From assembly GCA_030017475.1 (NCBI GenBank), contig JASEIO010000001.1, forward strand, positions 13,495 to 77,494: a stretch of DNA of 64,000 nucleotides, given 5' to 3'. The notes below the pieces were generated by a model. The model saw nothing but the letters and a program-made list of their open reading frames with translations. It did no database searches and had not been told where the DNA came from. The position numbers and the translations under genes are program-made. The DNA comes from a bacterium. Its GTDB lineage: Bacteria > UBA9089 > JASEIO01. This document shows positions 36,999 through 48,295 of the stretch, one piece after another; the first letter of the stretch is position 1; every line of letters begins with the position of its first letter.

Positions 36999-37583
36999 AT
37001 GACTTTAATTCCTATGGTTGTTGAACAAACAGGAAGAGGAGAGAGGGGATATGATATCTTTTCGCGACTCCTGAAGGATAGAATAGTATTTATTGGATCT
37101 GTTATTGATGATGATACTGCAAATCTTATTATAGCTCAGATGTTATTTTTGGAAGCAGATGATCCAGAAAAGGATATAGATCTATATATCAACAATCCAG
37201 GTGGATTGGTTACTGCAGGATTGGCTATATATGATACAATTCAATATATCAAATCAGATGTTTCCACAATCTGTGTGGGTCAGGCAGCATCTATGAGTGC
37301 TTTGCTTCTAGCTGCTGGAACAAAAGGCAAGAGGTTTGCCTTGCCTCATGCCAGAATTATGATTCATCAACCCTTAGGTGGTGTCCAGGGACAGGCAACA
37401 GATATAGATATTCAAGCAAGAGAGATAATTCGAATGCGAGATGAATTGAACAAGATATTGGTTAAGCATACTGGGCAACCACTGGAAAAGATTCAAAAGG
37501 ATACAGATCGGGATTTTTATATGACTGCAGAACAGGCAAAGGAATATGGAATTATTGATGAAGTTCTGGTAGAGAGGAAATAA
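36999..37583 (+). CDS. clpP: ATP-dependent Clp protease proteolytic subunit ClpP
   Basis: 194 aa. Catalytic Ser context [14 protein letters not shown]; His in MIHQP. Confidence 0.95.
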   Translation: MTLIPMVVEQTGRGERGYDIFSRLLKDRIVFIGSVIDDDTANLIIAQMLFLEADDPEKDIDLYINNPGGLVTAGLAIYDTIQYIKSDVSTICVGQAASMSALLLAAGTKGKRFALPHARIMIHQPLGGVQGQATDIDIQAREIIRMRDELNKILVKHTGQPLEKIQKDTDRDFYMTAEQAKEYGIIDEVLVERK

Positions 37584-37594
37584 AAGGGGAGGTT

Positions 37595-38833
37595 ATGGTT
37601 AGATTTGAAGAAAAGGGTGAGTTTCTGAATTGTTCCTTTTGCGGTAAAGGACAAGGGGAAGTAAAAAGATTGATAGCTGGACCAGATGTGTATATTTGTG
37701 ATGAGTGTGTGGGTCTTTGCAATGAAATAATAGCTGAAGAAGGGGAGAAGATAAATGAAGAAGTCCAGGCACTTCCAAGACCTAAAGAGATAAAGCTTTT
37801 TTTAGATGAATATGTTATTGGACAGGAGAAGGCAAAGAAAATCCTATCTGTAGCTGTTTATAATCATTATAAGAGGATAATGATAAATAAAGAGGATGAC
37901 GATGTGGAGTTGGAAAAGTCAAACATCTTACTTATTGGTCCAACTGGTTGTGGAAAAACCCTTCTTGCTCAAACATTGTCCCGTATTTTGGATGTTCCTT
38001 TTGCCATTGCAGATGCTACAGCTTTAACTGAGGCAGGTTATGTTGGAGAGGATGTGGAGAATATTCTACTTAGGCTAATTCAAAATGCCGATTTTGATAT
38101 CAAAAAGGCTGAAAAGGGGATTATTTATATTGATGAGATTGATAAGATTGCCAGAAAAGGAGATAATCCGAGTATAACTAGAGATGTATCAGGGGAAGGG
38201 GTACAGCAGGCACTTCTAAAGATTTTAGAAGGCACAGTGGCTAATGTTCCCCCTCAAGGAGGTCGTAAACATCCACACCAGGACTTTATCCAGATTGATA
38301 CTACCAATATACTGTTTATTTGTGGAGGAACATTTAATGGGCTGGATAAACTTGTAGAATCGAGAATAGGTAAGAAAAACCTTGGTTTTGGCGGAGAGAT
38401 TAAAACGAAGAAAGAAAAAGGGATAGGGAATATATTGAATCAAACCACCTCAGATGACCTTTTAAAATATGGTTTAATACCTGAATTTGTAGGGAGGATT
38501 CCAGTAGTTGTTGCTTTAGATAAACTAAATAAGGATGATTTGATAAAGGTTTTAACTACACCAAAGAATGCCTTGGTAAAACAATATAAGAAATTTTTTA
38601 AATTGGAAAACGTAAAATTACACTTTACAGATAGTGCATTACAAAAGATTGCCGATGATGCTATAGCTCGTGAGACAGGTGCTAGAGGACTTCGTTCAAT
38701 CATTGAGGATATTATGTTAGATATTATGTATGAGTTGCCATCTCGTACAAATGTAGAAGAGTGTGTAATTACAGAAGAGGTAGTTACTAAAAAAGCCAGG
38801 CCCAAGATTATATATAAGAAAGAAACTGCATAG
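37595..38833 (+). CDS. clpX: ATP-dependent Clp protease ATP-binding subunit ClpX
   Basis: 412 aa. N-terminal C4 zinc finger CSFCGK ... CDEC. Walker A GPTGCGKT; sensor/arginine finger regions. Confidence 0.95.
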   Translation: MVRFEEKGEFLNCSFCGKGQGEVKRLIAGPDVYICDECVGLCNEIIAEEGEKINEEVQALPRPKEIKLFLDEYVIGQEKAKKILSVAVYNHYKRIMINKEDDDVELEKSNILLIGPTGCGKTLLAQTLSRILDVPFAIADATALTEAGYVGEDVENILLRLIQNADFDIKKAEKGIIYIDEIDKIARKGDNPSITRDVSGEGVQQALLKILEGTVANVPPQGGRKHPHQDFIQIDTTNILFICGGTFNGLDKLVESRIGKKNLGFGGEIKTKKEKGIGNILNQTTSDDLLKYGLIPEFVGRIPVVVALDKLNKDDLIKVLTTPKNALVKQYKKFFKLENVKLHFTDSALQKIADDAIARETGARGLRSIIEDIMLDIMYELPSRTNVEECVITEEVVTKKARPKIIYKKETA

Positions 38834-39035
38834 AGTCAGAAGCAGATGGCAGATTTAAAAGATTCTGACTTCTGAACTTGTCTATAATCTCCTAACCCCT
38901 TCTACAGGAACGAGTCTGACAATTAACGAGTCCATCTTTGTCTCATCCTTTTTCGATTAAATAGTCGTTGATCTTTGGTAGTTTTTTGCTATAAAATAGT
39001 AGAAGCGAAGTCTTTAAAATTACTTTATCTAGAAG

Positions 39036-39332
39036 ATGATTAAATATAAAAAGATTATTGTCTTTAGTCTATTATGTGTATGCGTCTTTTTTCTAATAGA
39101 TGTATATGCGAAAGAAGTTCCATTTACTCTTGAGGATAGGGATAGGCTAATCAGGCTTGAAGTTAAACTTGAAGAGATAGATAAGAGATTTGAGCAGATA
39201 ATGAGTTTTATGTGGATTTTAGCCGTAGTATTTGGTGGGATTACAGTATCTACAATTGGTTTTGCAATTTGGGATAGAAGAACTATGATAAGGCCATTTG
39301 AGACAAAGGTTAAAGGAATAGAAATTGGGTGA
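39036..39332 (+). CDS. small hypothetical membrane protein
   Basis: 98 aa. N-terminal signal/TM helix, coiled-coil segment, second TM helix. No family recognised. Isolated in a 0.9-kb gene-poor region. Confidence 0.3.
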   Translation: MIKYKKIIVFSLLCVCVFFLIDVYAKEVPFTLEDRDRLIRLEVKLEEIDKRFEQIMSFMWILAVVFGGITVSTIGFAIWDRRTMIRPFETKVKGIEIG

Positions 39333-39695
39333 GGTTGACGAGCGAGTTGCTCAGACCTTAAAGAGGTTTAATTTATTGTAGGAATTTTCTAAAATAAAAA
39401 TGAGCAAGATGTCTTTAAATATTGCTGAAGAAGAGGTTTCTTGAGGAATTTGTAAGCTATTTGATGTTGAAAGTGAAGTTGCTTTATAATTTTATGAAGA
39501 CGTGACCCTTTTTAAGTCCCGAGATACGCTTTCAATATTATCCATTATCTTCTTTCCCTTAGCCATCAATTTAGGTAGATCCTGGGCGCCCCTTTAACAT
39601 TTTTCGTGGTTTCCAGTAAGTTAACTATAACCTTTTTCCCTGACGTAACTAAGTCTTCTATAACTGTGATCAATTTAAAAATCAAGAAGTTTTTC

Positions 39696-39725
39696 TTGAC
39701 ATTAGGAAGGTTATTTTATTATATT
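39696..39725 (+). promoter_or_regulatory. putative sigma-70 promoter of serA
   Basis: TTGACA (39696-39701), 18-nt spacer, TATATT (39720-39725). 35 nt upstream of the serA start; T-rich upstream context TTTTCTTGACA. Confidence 0.4.
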
Positions 39726-39759
39726 AGCTTGGATAGGTAGATTAAAAAGGAGGTAGAAA

Positions 39760-41331
39760 ATGAAGGTTTTGGTAAGTGATCCATTATCAAAAGAAGGCTT
39801 AGACATTTTGGATAAGGCTCAGATACCGTATGAGGTGAAGACAGGGCTTCGAGAAGAGGAATTGGTTTCCTGCATCTCTCGCTATAATGCACTGATTGTA
39901 AGATCAGAAACAAAGGTTACGAAAAACATAATAGGTGCTGCACAAAATTTAAAGGTTATTGGTAGAGCAGGGGTAGGAGTAGATAATATAGATGTTATGG
40001 AAGCCACAAAACGGGGAATAGTAGTTATGAATGTTCCAGGTGGAAATACGATCTCAGCTGCAGAACACACTATGGCTCTGTTATTATCTTTATCTAGAAA
40101 TATTCCTCAAGCCAACAAGTCGTTAAAGGAAAAGGAATGGAATAGGAAACGATTTAGGGGGGTGGAGTTGAATGGAAAGACCTTAGGGATAATTGGATTA
40201 GGGAGGATTGGTCGGGAAGTAGCTAAAAGGGCAAAGTCCTTTGTTATGAAAGTCATTGCCTTCGATCCATATGTTTCAGAAGATCAGGCAAAGGTAATTG
40301 GGGTTGAGTTAGTAGAATTGGAAGATATATATAAAGAGTCAGATTATATTACCCTTCATATCCCATCATCTGACAAGACAAGGCATTTAATATCAAGGGA
40401 TGAATTTTCCAAGATGAAGCCAGGGGTAAGGATAATAAATTGTGCTCGGGGTGGAATAATTGATGAGGAGGCGTTATACGAGGCAATGAAAGAAGGTAAG
40501 GTAGCTGGTTGTGCCTTGGATGTCTATGAAAAGGAACCCCCGTTTGATTCTCCTCTATTGGAATTAGAGAATTGTATAACTGTACCACATTTAGGGGCCT
40601 CTACAAAAGAGGCACAGGTGAATGTGGCTGTGGAGATAGCACGGCAGGTAGTTGATGCCCTAAAAAACGATGAAATTCGGAATGCGGTTAATATACCTCA
40701 GATAGAGGATATTGAGATAAAGCCGTATCTTTTTCTATGTGAAAAGATAGGCTATTTGCATGCCCAATTGCTAAGTGGTCACATAGAGGGAATTGATGTG
40801 GAATATACTGGAGAGATAGCCAATTATAAAGTGGCACCATTGACAGTTGCTATTCTTAAAGGAATACTCTCAGGGATATTAACCGAAACCTTAGTAAATT
40901 ATGTTAATGCTCCCTTGATTGCTAAAGAAAGAGGAATAAGGGTTGTGGAGTCAAAGAGTATAAAGGAAAAGGACTTTACCAATCTGATTTCTGTTCGGCT
41001 TTCTACTGATAAAGAAAAGAGGGTGATTGAAGGAAGCATCTTTCAAAAGGACGATGAGCGAATTGTATCGATTGATGGGTTCCGTGTTGATGCCATACCA
41101 AGCGGGTATATGTTAGTGATATCAAATATAGATAAGCCTGGGGTTATTGGTAAGATTGGCACAATCTTAGGTCAAAACAATATAAATATTGCTGGACTTC
41201 AAATGGGGAGAAAGGCAATCGGGGGTCGGCAACTAATGGTTTTAAATGTTGATCATGTAGTAGAACAGGAGGTGTTAAAGCAAATAGAGGGAGTAGATGA
41301 GGTTTCATCTGTGAGAATGGTAAAGTTATAA
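39760..41331 (+). CDS. serA: D-3-phosphoglycerate dehydrogenase (with C-terminal ACT domain)
   Basis: 523 aa. NAD-binding GLGRIGREVA. D-isomer 2-hydroxyacid dehydrogenase catalytic residues. C-terminal ASB/ACT domains. Confidence 0.9.
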   Translation: MKVLVSDPLSKEGLDILDKAQIPYEVKTGLREEELVSCISRYNALIVRSETKVTKNIIGAAQNLKVIGRAGVGVDNIDVMEATKRGIVVMNVPGGNTISAAEHTMALLLSLSRNIPQANKSLKEKEWNRKRFRGVELNGKTLGIIGLGRIGREVAKRAKSFVMKVIAFDPYVSEDQAKVIGVELVELEDIYKESDYITLHIPSSDKTRHLISRDEFSKMKPGVRIINCARGGIIDEEALYEAMKEGKVAGCALDVYEKEPPFDSPLLELENCITVPHLGASTKEAQVNVAVEIARQVVDALKNDEIRNAVNIPQIEDIEIKPYLFLCEKIGYLHAQLLSGHIEGIDVEYTGEIANYKVAPLTVAILKGILSGILTETLVNYVNAPLIAKERGIRVVESKSIKEKDFTNLISVRLSTDKEKRVIEGSIFQKDDERIVSIDGFRVDAIPSGYMLVISNIDKPGVIGKIGTILGQNNINIAGLQMGRKAIGGRQLMVLNVDHVVEQEVLKQIEGVDEVSSVRMVKL

Positions 41332-41342
41332 CCATATCGAAA

Positions 41343-41398
41343 AGCCACGGAAACCTTCATTCATCTGACTTCTGTAAATAATCCGTGGCTAAAATTTT
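41343..41398 (+). terminator. terminator-like hairpin downstream of serA
   Basis: 9-bp GC-rich inverted repeat AGCCACGGA (41343-41351) and TCCGTGGCT (41382-41390), followed by AAAATTTTCTT. The 30-nt loop is unusually large, so the call is tentative. Confidence 0.3.
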
Positions 41399-41399
41399 C

Positions 41400-41428
41400 T
41401 TGACATTCGAGACCTTATAATATATTAT
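41400..41428 (+). promoter_or_regulatory. putative sigma-70 promoter of leuCD
   Basis: TTGACA (41400-41405), 17-nt spacer, TATTAT (41423-41428). leuC ATG at 41440 has no SD, suggesting a very short or leaderless transcript. Confidence 0.4.
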
Positions 41429-41439
41429 TTTTAGTTGAA

Positions 41440-42689
41440 ATGCCAAAGACTATTTCTGAGAAGATCTTAAGTAATCATTGCAGTAAATCGGTCTATGCAG
41501 GAGATATCGCTATATGTAATATAGATTTTGCCTTTGCCCAGGATGGCACTTCTCCTTTAGCCATCCGAGCCTTTAAGAAGATGGGAGGGAAGAGTGTATT
41601 CGATAGAGAAAAGGTTGCCTTTGTTATTGATCATTCTTCTCCTTCACCCAATGAGGCAATTTCTGCCTTACATAGGTTGATGCGAAAATTTGCTGACTTG
41701 CATGAGATAAAGGTTTATGATATTGGAAGCGGTGTATGTCATCAAGTAATTCCTGAGGGAGGACATGTATTTCCAGGTAGTTTAGTAATAGGGGCTGATT
41801 CTCATACCTGTACGTACGGGGCGATAAATGCATTTTCCACTGGTGTTGGTTCAACAGATCTGGCCGCAGCCTTTGTCTCAGGGAAACTTTGGTTTAAGGT
41901 ACCAGAGACAATAAAGATTGAAATAGTGGGTAGATTACCTTATGGGGTATATGCTAAGGATTTAATTTTACATATAATAGGTGACTTAGGAGCAAATGGT
42001 GCCAATTATAAAGCGGTGGAGTTTACAGGTTCTGTAGTAGAGGATTTGAGCGTTGATGCCAGATTCACAATCGCCAATATGGTTACGGAGGCTGGAGCAA
42101 AGGTAGGGATCTTTACGGTTGATGATAAAACGAGGGAATGGCTTCGGAAATATTACAGGAAACCAATTAATCCTGTTTTACCTGATCCGGATGCAAATTA
42201 TGTGGATATAAAAAGGTATGATGTTTCATCCCTCCAACCACAGATAGCCTCTCCCCATGCAGTAGATAATGTATGTAGGGTTTCTGATCTCTCTTCAGTT
42301 AAGATCAATCAGGCGTTTTTAGGAACATGTACAAATGGAAGATTGGAAGATTTACGGATAGGGGCTTCTATACTTAAAGGAAGACGCGTCCATCCACAAG
42401 TTAGATTAATCATTGCTCCTGCTTCTCGCCTGATTTATCTCGAAGCAATAAAGGAGGGAATATTACAGGTATTAGTTGAAGCTGGGGGAGTTGTGGTTAC
42501 TCCTGGATGTGGGTGTTGTGTTGGTACCCATAATGGAATACCATCTGATTTTGAGCGAGTAATATCAACATCTAATCGCAATTTTCAAGGCAGGATGGGA
42601 AATAGGCGAGCCTTTATTTACTTAGCCAGTCCAGCAACAGTCGCCGCTTCGAGTATAACTGGAAAGATAACTGATCCACGAGAATTTCT

Positions 42690-42693
<4 letters not shown>
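41440..42693 (+). CDS. leuC: 3-isopropylmalate/(homo)aconitate dehydratase large subunit (archaeal-type LeuC/HacA)
   Basis: 417 aa aconitase-family protein with Fe-S ligand cysteines (GTCTNGR, CGCCVG). Followed by the small subunit. Confidence 0.85.
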
Positions 42694-44474
<1,781 letters not shown>

Positions 44475-44476
<2 letters not shown>

Positions 44477-44547
44477 GCCGTTAGCTCAGTTGGTAGAGCA
44501 CCGGCCTTTTAAGCCGGGTGTCGCTGGTTCGATTCCAGCACGGCTCA
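44475..44547 (+). tRNA. tRNA-Lys (anticodon TTT)
   Basis: Cloverleaf: acceptor GAGCCGT/ACGGCTC, D arm GCTC-AGTTGGTA-GAGC, anticodon arm CCGGC-CTTTTAA-GCCGG, T arm GCTGG-TTCGATT-CCAGC. Overlaps the purA stop. CCA not encoded. Confidence 0.85.
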
Positions 44548-44609
44548 TAACCCTTTATGGCTAGAAACCTCCATTGAAATCTTCCTGTTTCCAACAAAGA
44601 AAGAGGACA

Positions 44610-44684
44610 GCCCACATAGCTCAGAAGGTCAGAGTGCATCCTTGGTAAGGATGAGGTCACCGGTTCGATTCCGGTTGTGGGCTT
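44610..44684 (+). tRNA. tRNA-Thr (anticodon GGT)
   Basis: Acceptor GCCCACA/TGTGGGC plus discriminator T, anticodon arm CATCC-TTGGTAA-GGATG, T arm ACCGG-TTCGATT-CCGGT. Confidence 0.8.
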
Positions 44685-44691
44685 TAAAGAT

Positions 44692-45444
44692 ATGGAAAAA
44701 ATAAAGAAGGTTTTTTCTATAATAAAGGTGGTGAGTTTATTAGGATTCTTTATTGCTATTGGTGCCATAACTTCGGTTTTTACTATTATCTTTTTTGCCC
44801 CTTCCCGGCAGGAGGTGATTGTGCCAAATGTAATAGGGAAGGATTTTGCTTCGGCCTTTGAGATCTTATCCACCAATAAGCTGGATATTAAAAAGGTTTC
44901 AGAATATCATGACACCATTCCCAAAGATTTTGTTATTTCGCAAACTCCATCCCCTGGGAAAAAGATTAAAGAAGGAAGAAGGATATGGCTTGTGGTAAGT
45001 TCTGGGAGGGAGGTTTTTGAAATGCCTGACTTACGAAATTGCACTGTTCGTGAGGCACAAGAAAGGCTTTATAGAATTTCTAAAGGTTTAAGGATTGTGA
45101 CCACTTCTTTTGTTCATACAAACTTTCCAAAGGGCTGTATTATTGCTCAGGCCCCTTTGCCTTTCTCAAAGATAGAAAAAGGAGATGTGATTTCTGTTCT
45201 TGTAAGTCATGGCCCTCATCCCAAATCCTTTCTTATGCCAGAATTTATTGGGATGAACTGGCAATATGTAAATAGGGAAATCGAGAGATTAGGATTGATT
45301 ATAGAGGATGTGGTAGAGAAGGTAGATTATAATGTAGAAGAAGGGATAGTCTTAGAACAAAATCCACCTTTCGGGTTTAAGGTGAGGAAAGGGGATTATG
45401 TTAATTTGGTTATTAGTAAACATGAAGAGAAATTAGATGATTAA
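44692..45444 (+). CDS. membrane-anchored PASTA-domain protein (three PASTA repeats, no kinase domain)
   Basis: About 250 aa. N-terminal TM helix, then three roughly 65-aa repeats, each with a V(P)NVIG/MPDL...A...L motif typical of PASTA domains. The ORF track's 44677 start overlaps the tRNA; ATG 44692 used. Confidence 0.7.
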   Translation: MEKIKKVFSIIKVVSLLGFFIAIGAITSVFTIIFFAPSRQEVIVPNVIGKDFASAFEILSTNKLDIKKVSEYHDTIPKDFVISQTPSPGKKIKEGRRIWLVVSSGREVFEMPDLRNCTVREAQERLYRISKGLRIVTTSFVHTNFPKGCIIAQAPLPFSKIEKGDVISVLVSHGPHPKSFLMPEFIGMNWQYVNREIERLGLIIEDVVEKVDYNVEEGIVLEQNPPFGFKVRKGDYVNLVISKHEEKLDD

Positions 45445-46078
45445 GATTTCGCCATCGATTCTTTCAGGGGATCTTAGTGATTTATCACGAGAAATAAAAA
45501 GGATTGAGCATGCAGATGTAGATCTTGTCCATCTTGATATTATGGATGGTCATTTTGTGCCTAATTTTACCTTTGGCCCAATGGTTGTAAAGACACTAAG
45601 AGATAAAACAGATTTAGTCTTCGATGTACATCTTATGATTGAAAAACCAGAGAGGTTTATTACACAGTTTATTAAAGCAGGGGCAGATATCTTGACATTT
45701 CATGTAGAGGCAGTTTCGGAGTTAAAGCCCGCCATCTTCCTTATCAAGGATCAAGGAAAGAAGGCAGGAGTGGCATTACGTCCAGCAACCCCTCTTCAGA
45801 GCATAGAGTCTATCTTGGGATGGGTCGATTTAGTTTTGATAATGTCTGTCAATCCTGGAATAGGTGGACAGAGGTTTATGGAAGATGTTATCCCCAAAAT
45901 TAAGGAGTTAAGAAGTCGTTTTTCTTTGGATATCGAAGTTGATGGAGGGGTAAAACCAGATAATATAAGAGAGGTTGTCCGGGCTGGAGCAAATATTCTT
46001 GTAGCAGGTTCATTTGTATTTGAATATAAAGACCTATCCATACCTATTAAGATACTTAGGGAGAAGGCTGAGGGATAG
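45437..46078 (+). CDS. rpe: ribulose-phosphate 3-epimerase
   Basis: 213 aa. ISPSILSGD ... HLDIMDGHFVPN ... VDGG motifs. Confidence 0.9.
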   Translation: MIKISPSILSGDLSDLSREIKRIEHADVDLVHLDIMDGHFVPNFTFGPMVVKTLRDKTDLVFDVHLMIEKPERFITQFIKAGADILTFHVEAVSELKPAIFLIKDQGKKAGVALRPATPLQSIESILGWVDLVLIMSVNPGIGGQRFMEDVIPKIKELRSRFSLDIEVDGGVKPDNIREVVRAGANILVAGSFVFEYKDLSIPIKILREKAEG

Positions 46079-46080
46079 AG

Positions 46081-47094
46081 ATGATTAAAGTGGCTATAGT
46101 TGGTGCTACTGGATATTCAGGGAGAGAGTTGATAAAGATACTTATAAGACATCCTGAGGTGGAAATAGTTTGGTTATCTGGAAAGGTAGAAAAGGTAACA
46201 CCCATATCAACTATCTTCCCAGAATTAAAGGGAAGGATTGAATTAGATTGTTACGATTTTGTCTTTGATAATAAAACCGCTGGATCAGCTGATTTGATAT
46301 TTTTAGCTGTTCCCCATAGGGTTTCTATGGATATTGCACCGAGGTTCCTCTCCTTGGGAAAGAAGATTATTGATTTATCCGCTGATTTTAGACTAAATGA
46401 CCCACTCTTGTATAAAAAGTGGTATGGGGTGGAGCATAAGAGCGCAAGGTTACTCTCGGAGGCTGTTTATGGACTGCCTGAGATCTATCGTTCTCAAATC
46501 CGAGGTGCTTCATTAATTGCAAATCCAGGGTGCTATCCAACGTCTGTTATCTTAGGGTTAGCACCTTTATTGAACCCCGGATTTGTGGAGTTAAACAGTA
46601 TCATTGTAGATGCAAAGACTGGAATTTCTGGAGCAGGAAGGGTTCCGCAGATTTTCACCCATTATTCTGAAAGGAATGAAAGTATTAAGGGCTACAAGAT
46701 ACTTTCTCATCAACATACCCCAGAGATTGAGCAGGAGCTTACAAAACTTGCTAAAAGAAGGGTAAGCATTACCTTTGTTCCTCATCTTGTACCTATGGAT
46801 AGAGGGATTTTATCTACTATCTATCTAACTTTAAAAAGATGTACTCGAGAGAAGGATATCTTAGAGATGTATAAAGATTTTTATGATAAAGAACCATTTA
46901 TTCGCATTCAAGATCAGGCGCCAGACACAAAGGATGTTTTAAATACAAATTTCTGTGATATATTTTTAATTGCAAAAAAGAGGCAGATAGTGATATTTTC
47001 TGTGATTGATAATCTATGGAAGGGGGCATCTTCCCAAGCTATACAAAATATGAACATAATGTTTGGCTTTGAAGAAGGGACGGGATTGAGATGA
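46081..47094 (+). CDS. argC: N-acetyl-gamma-glutamyl-phosphate reductase
   Basis: 337 aa. VAIVGATGYSGRELIKIL NAD(P)-binding. Catalytic Cys in NPGCYPT. Confidence 0.9.
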   Translation: MIKVAIVGATGYSGRELIKILIRHPEVEIVWLSGKVEKVTPISTIFPELKGRIELDCYDFVFDNKTAGSADLIFLAVPHRVSMDIAPRFLSLGKKIIDLSADFRLNDPLLYKKWYGVEHKSARLLSEAVYGLPEIYRSQIRGASLIANPGCYPTSVILGLAPLLNPGFVELNSIIVDAKTGISGAGRVPQIFTHYSERNESIKGYKILSHQHTPEIEQELTKLAKRRVSITFVPHLVPMDRGILSTIYLTLKRCTREKDILEMYKDFYDKEPFIRIQDQAPDTKDVLNTNFCDIFLIAKKRQIVIFSVIDNLWKGASSQAIQNMNIMFGFEEGTGLR

Positions 47095-48272
47095 TTGAAG
47101 AGATCCAAGGGGGAGGAATAACCTCTGTTCCTGGAATTAAGGCGAGTGGTGTTCATTGTGGAATAAAGAAGGAGGGATTAGATTTGGCACTTATTTATTC
47201 ATCAACACCTTCTCATTTTGCCTGTATGTATACTACAAATAGAATAAAGGGTGCTCACATTTTGGTAAATAAAAGAAGAAAGGGGAAGATTCAAGCTGTG
47301 GTTATAAATTCAGGAAATGCTAATTGTTGTACAGGTAGAAGAGGAATCGATGATGCAGAGAGAATGGCTGTCCTTACTGCTGAAAGATTAAATATTTCCC
47401 CATCCGCAGTTTTAGTTGCTTCAACTGGTATAATTGGTGTTCCTTTGCCAATGGATAAGATCGAGCGAGGGATAGATGAGGCTGTGAAGAAACTAAGTGA
47501 AGAAGGTGGTATAAGAGCCTCCCAAGCTATCTTGACTACTGACACAAGACCTAAGCAATTTGCTATAAGGTATAGCATGAATGGAGAGAGATTGGTGATA
47601 GGTGGGATAGCTAAAGGTGCAGGTATGATTCATCCACGACTTGGTACTATGTTAGCCTTTATAGCTACTAATGCTGCAATTAGCTCACAGTCCTTAAGAA
47701 TTTACTTGAAAAAATCAGTGGATAATTCTTTTAATCTAATTACTGTGGATGGGGATACTAGTCCTAATGACCTTGTAGTTTTATTAGCTAATGGGAATCT
47801 AAAGATGGGGCAAGATATACCCTATCATAAAAAATTTCAAGAGGCCTTAGACTACGTAACCCATCACTTAGCTAAAATGATCGTTGAAGATGGAGAAGGT
47901 GCAACTAAGCTAATAGTTATTCATGTAAAAGGAGCAAGAAGTATGTCGGATGCGAAAAGGGTTGCCTTTTCCATTGGGAAATCAAATCTGGTTAAGAGTG
48001 CCATTTATGGATGCAGTCCTAATTGGGGGAGGATTATTACTGCTTCGGGCGGAGCAGGGGTAAATATTAAGCAAGATAAGATAGATATATACCTTGGTGG
48101 GGAAATGGTTTGTAAAGACGGTTGCATGGTAAATTTCGACTTGGTAAAGGTAAGGGAGATTCTACAGAAAAAAGAGGTTTTATTAACTGTTGATTTAAAA
48201 TTGGGTAGTTCAGAGGCTCGGGTTTTAACCCCTGATCTTTCCCCTGAGTATGTGAAGATTAATGCCCCATAA
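47091..48272 (+). CDS. argJ: bifunctional ornithine acetyltransferase / N-acetylglutamate synthase ArgJ
   Basis: 393 aa. Autoproteolytic site in GTMLAFIATNA (ATML motif). Confidence 0.9.
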   Translation: MIEEIQGGGITSVPGIKASGVHCGIKKEGLDLALIYSSTPSHFACMYTTNRIKGAHILVNKRRKGKIQAVVINSGNANCCTGRRGIDDAERMAVLTAERLNISPSAVLVASTGIIGVPLPMDKIERGIDEAVKKLSEEGGIRASQAILTTDTRPKQFAIRYSMNGERLVIGGIAKGAGMIHPRLGTMLAFIATNAAISSQSLRIYLKKSVDNSFNLITVDGDTSPNDLVVLLANGNLKMGQDIPYHKKFQEALDYVTHHLAKMIVEDGEGATKLIVIHVKGARSMSDAKRVAFSIGKSNLVKSAIYGCSPNWGRIITASGGAGVNIKQDKIDIYLGGEMVCKDGCMVNFDLVKVREILQKKEVLLTVDLKLGSSEARVLTPDLSPEYVKINAP

Positions 48273-48295
48273 GTAGTTATAGATGAAGAGATGTT

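Noticed and set aside
38834-38880. Possible terminator hairpin after clpX (AGTCAGAA ... TTCTGACT)
   Set aside because: The 8-bp stem is separated by a ~26-nt loop with no T-run immediately after, so it is not convincing as an intrinsic terminator.
44481-44876. 131-aa minus-strand ORF overlapping both tRNA genes and the PASTA gene start
   Set aside because: It overlaps two confidently folded tRNAs (Lys-TTT, Thr-GGT) on the opposite strand and has no coding signature.
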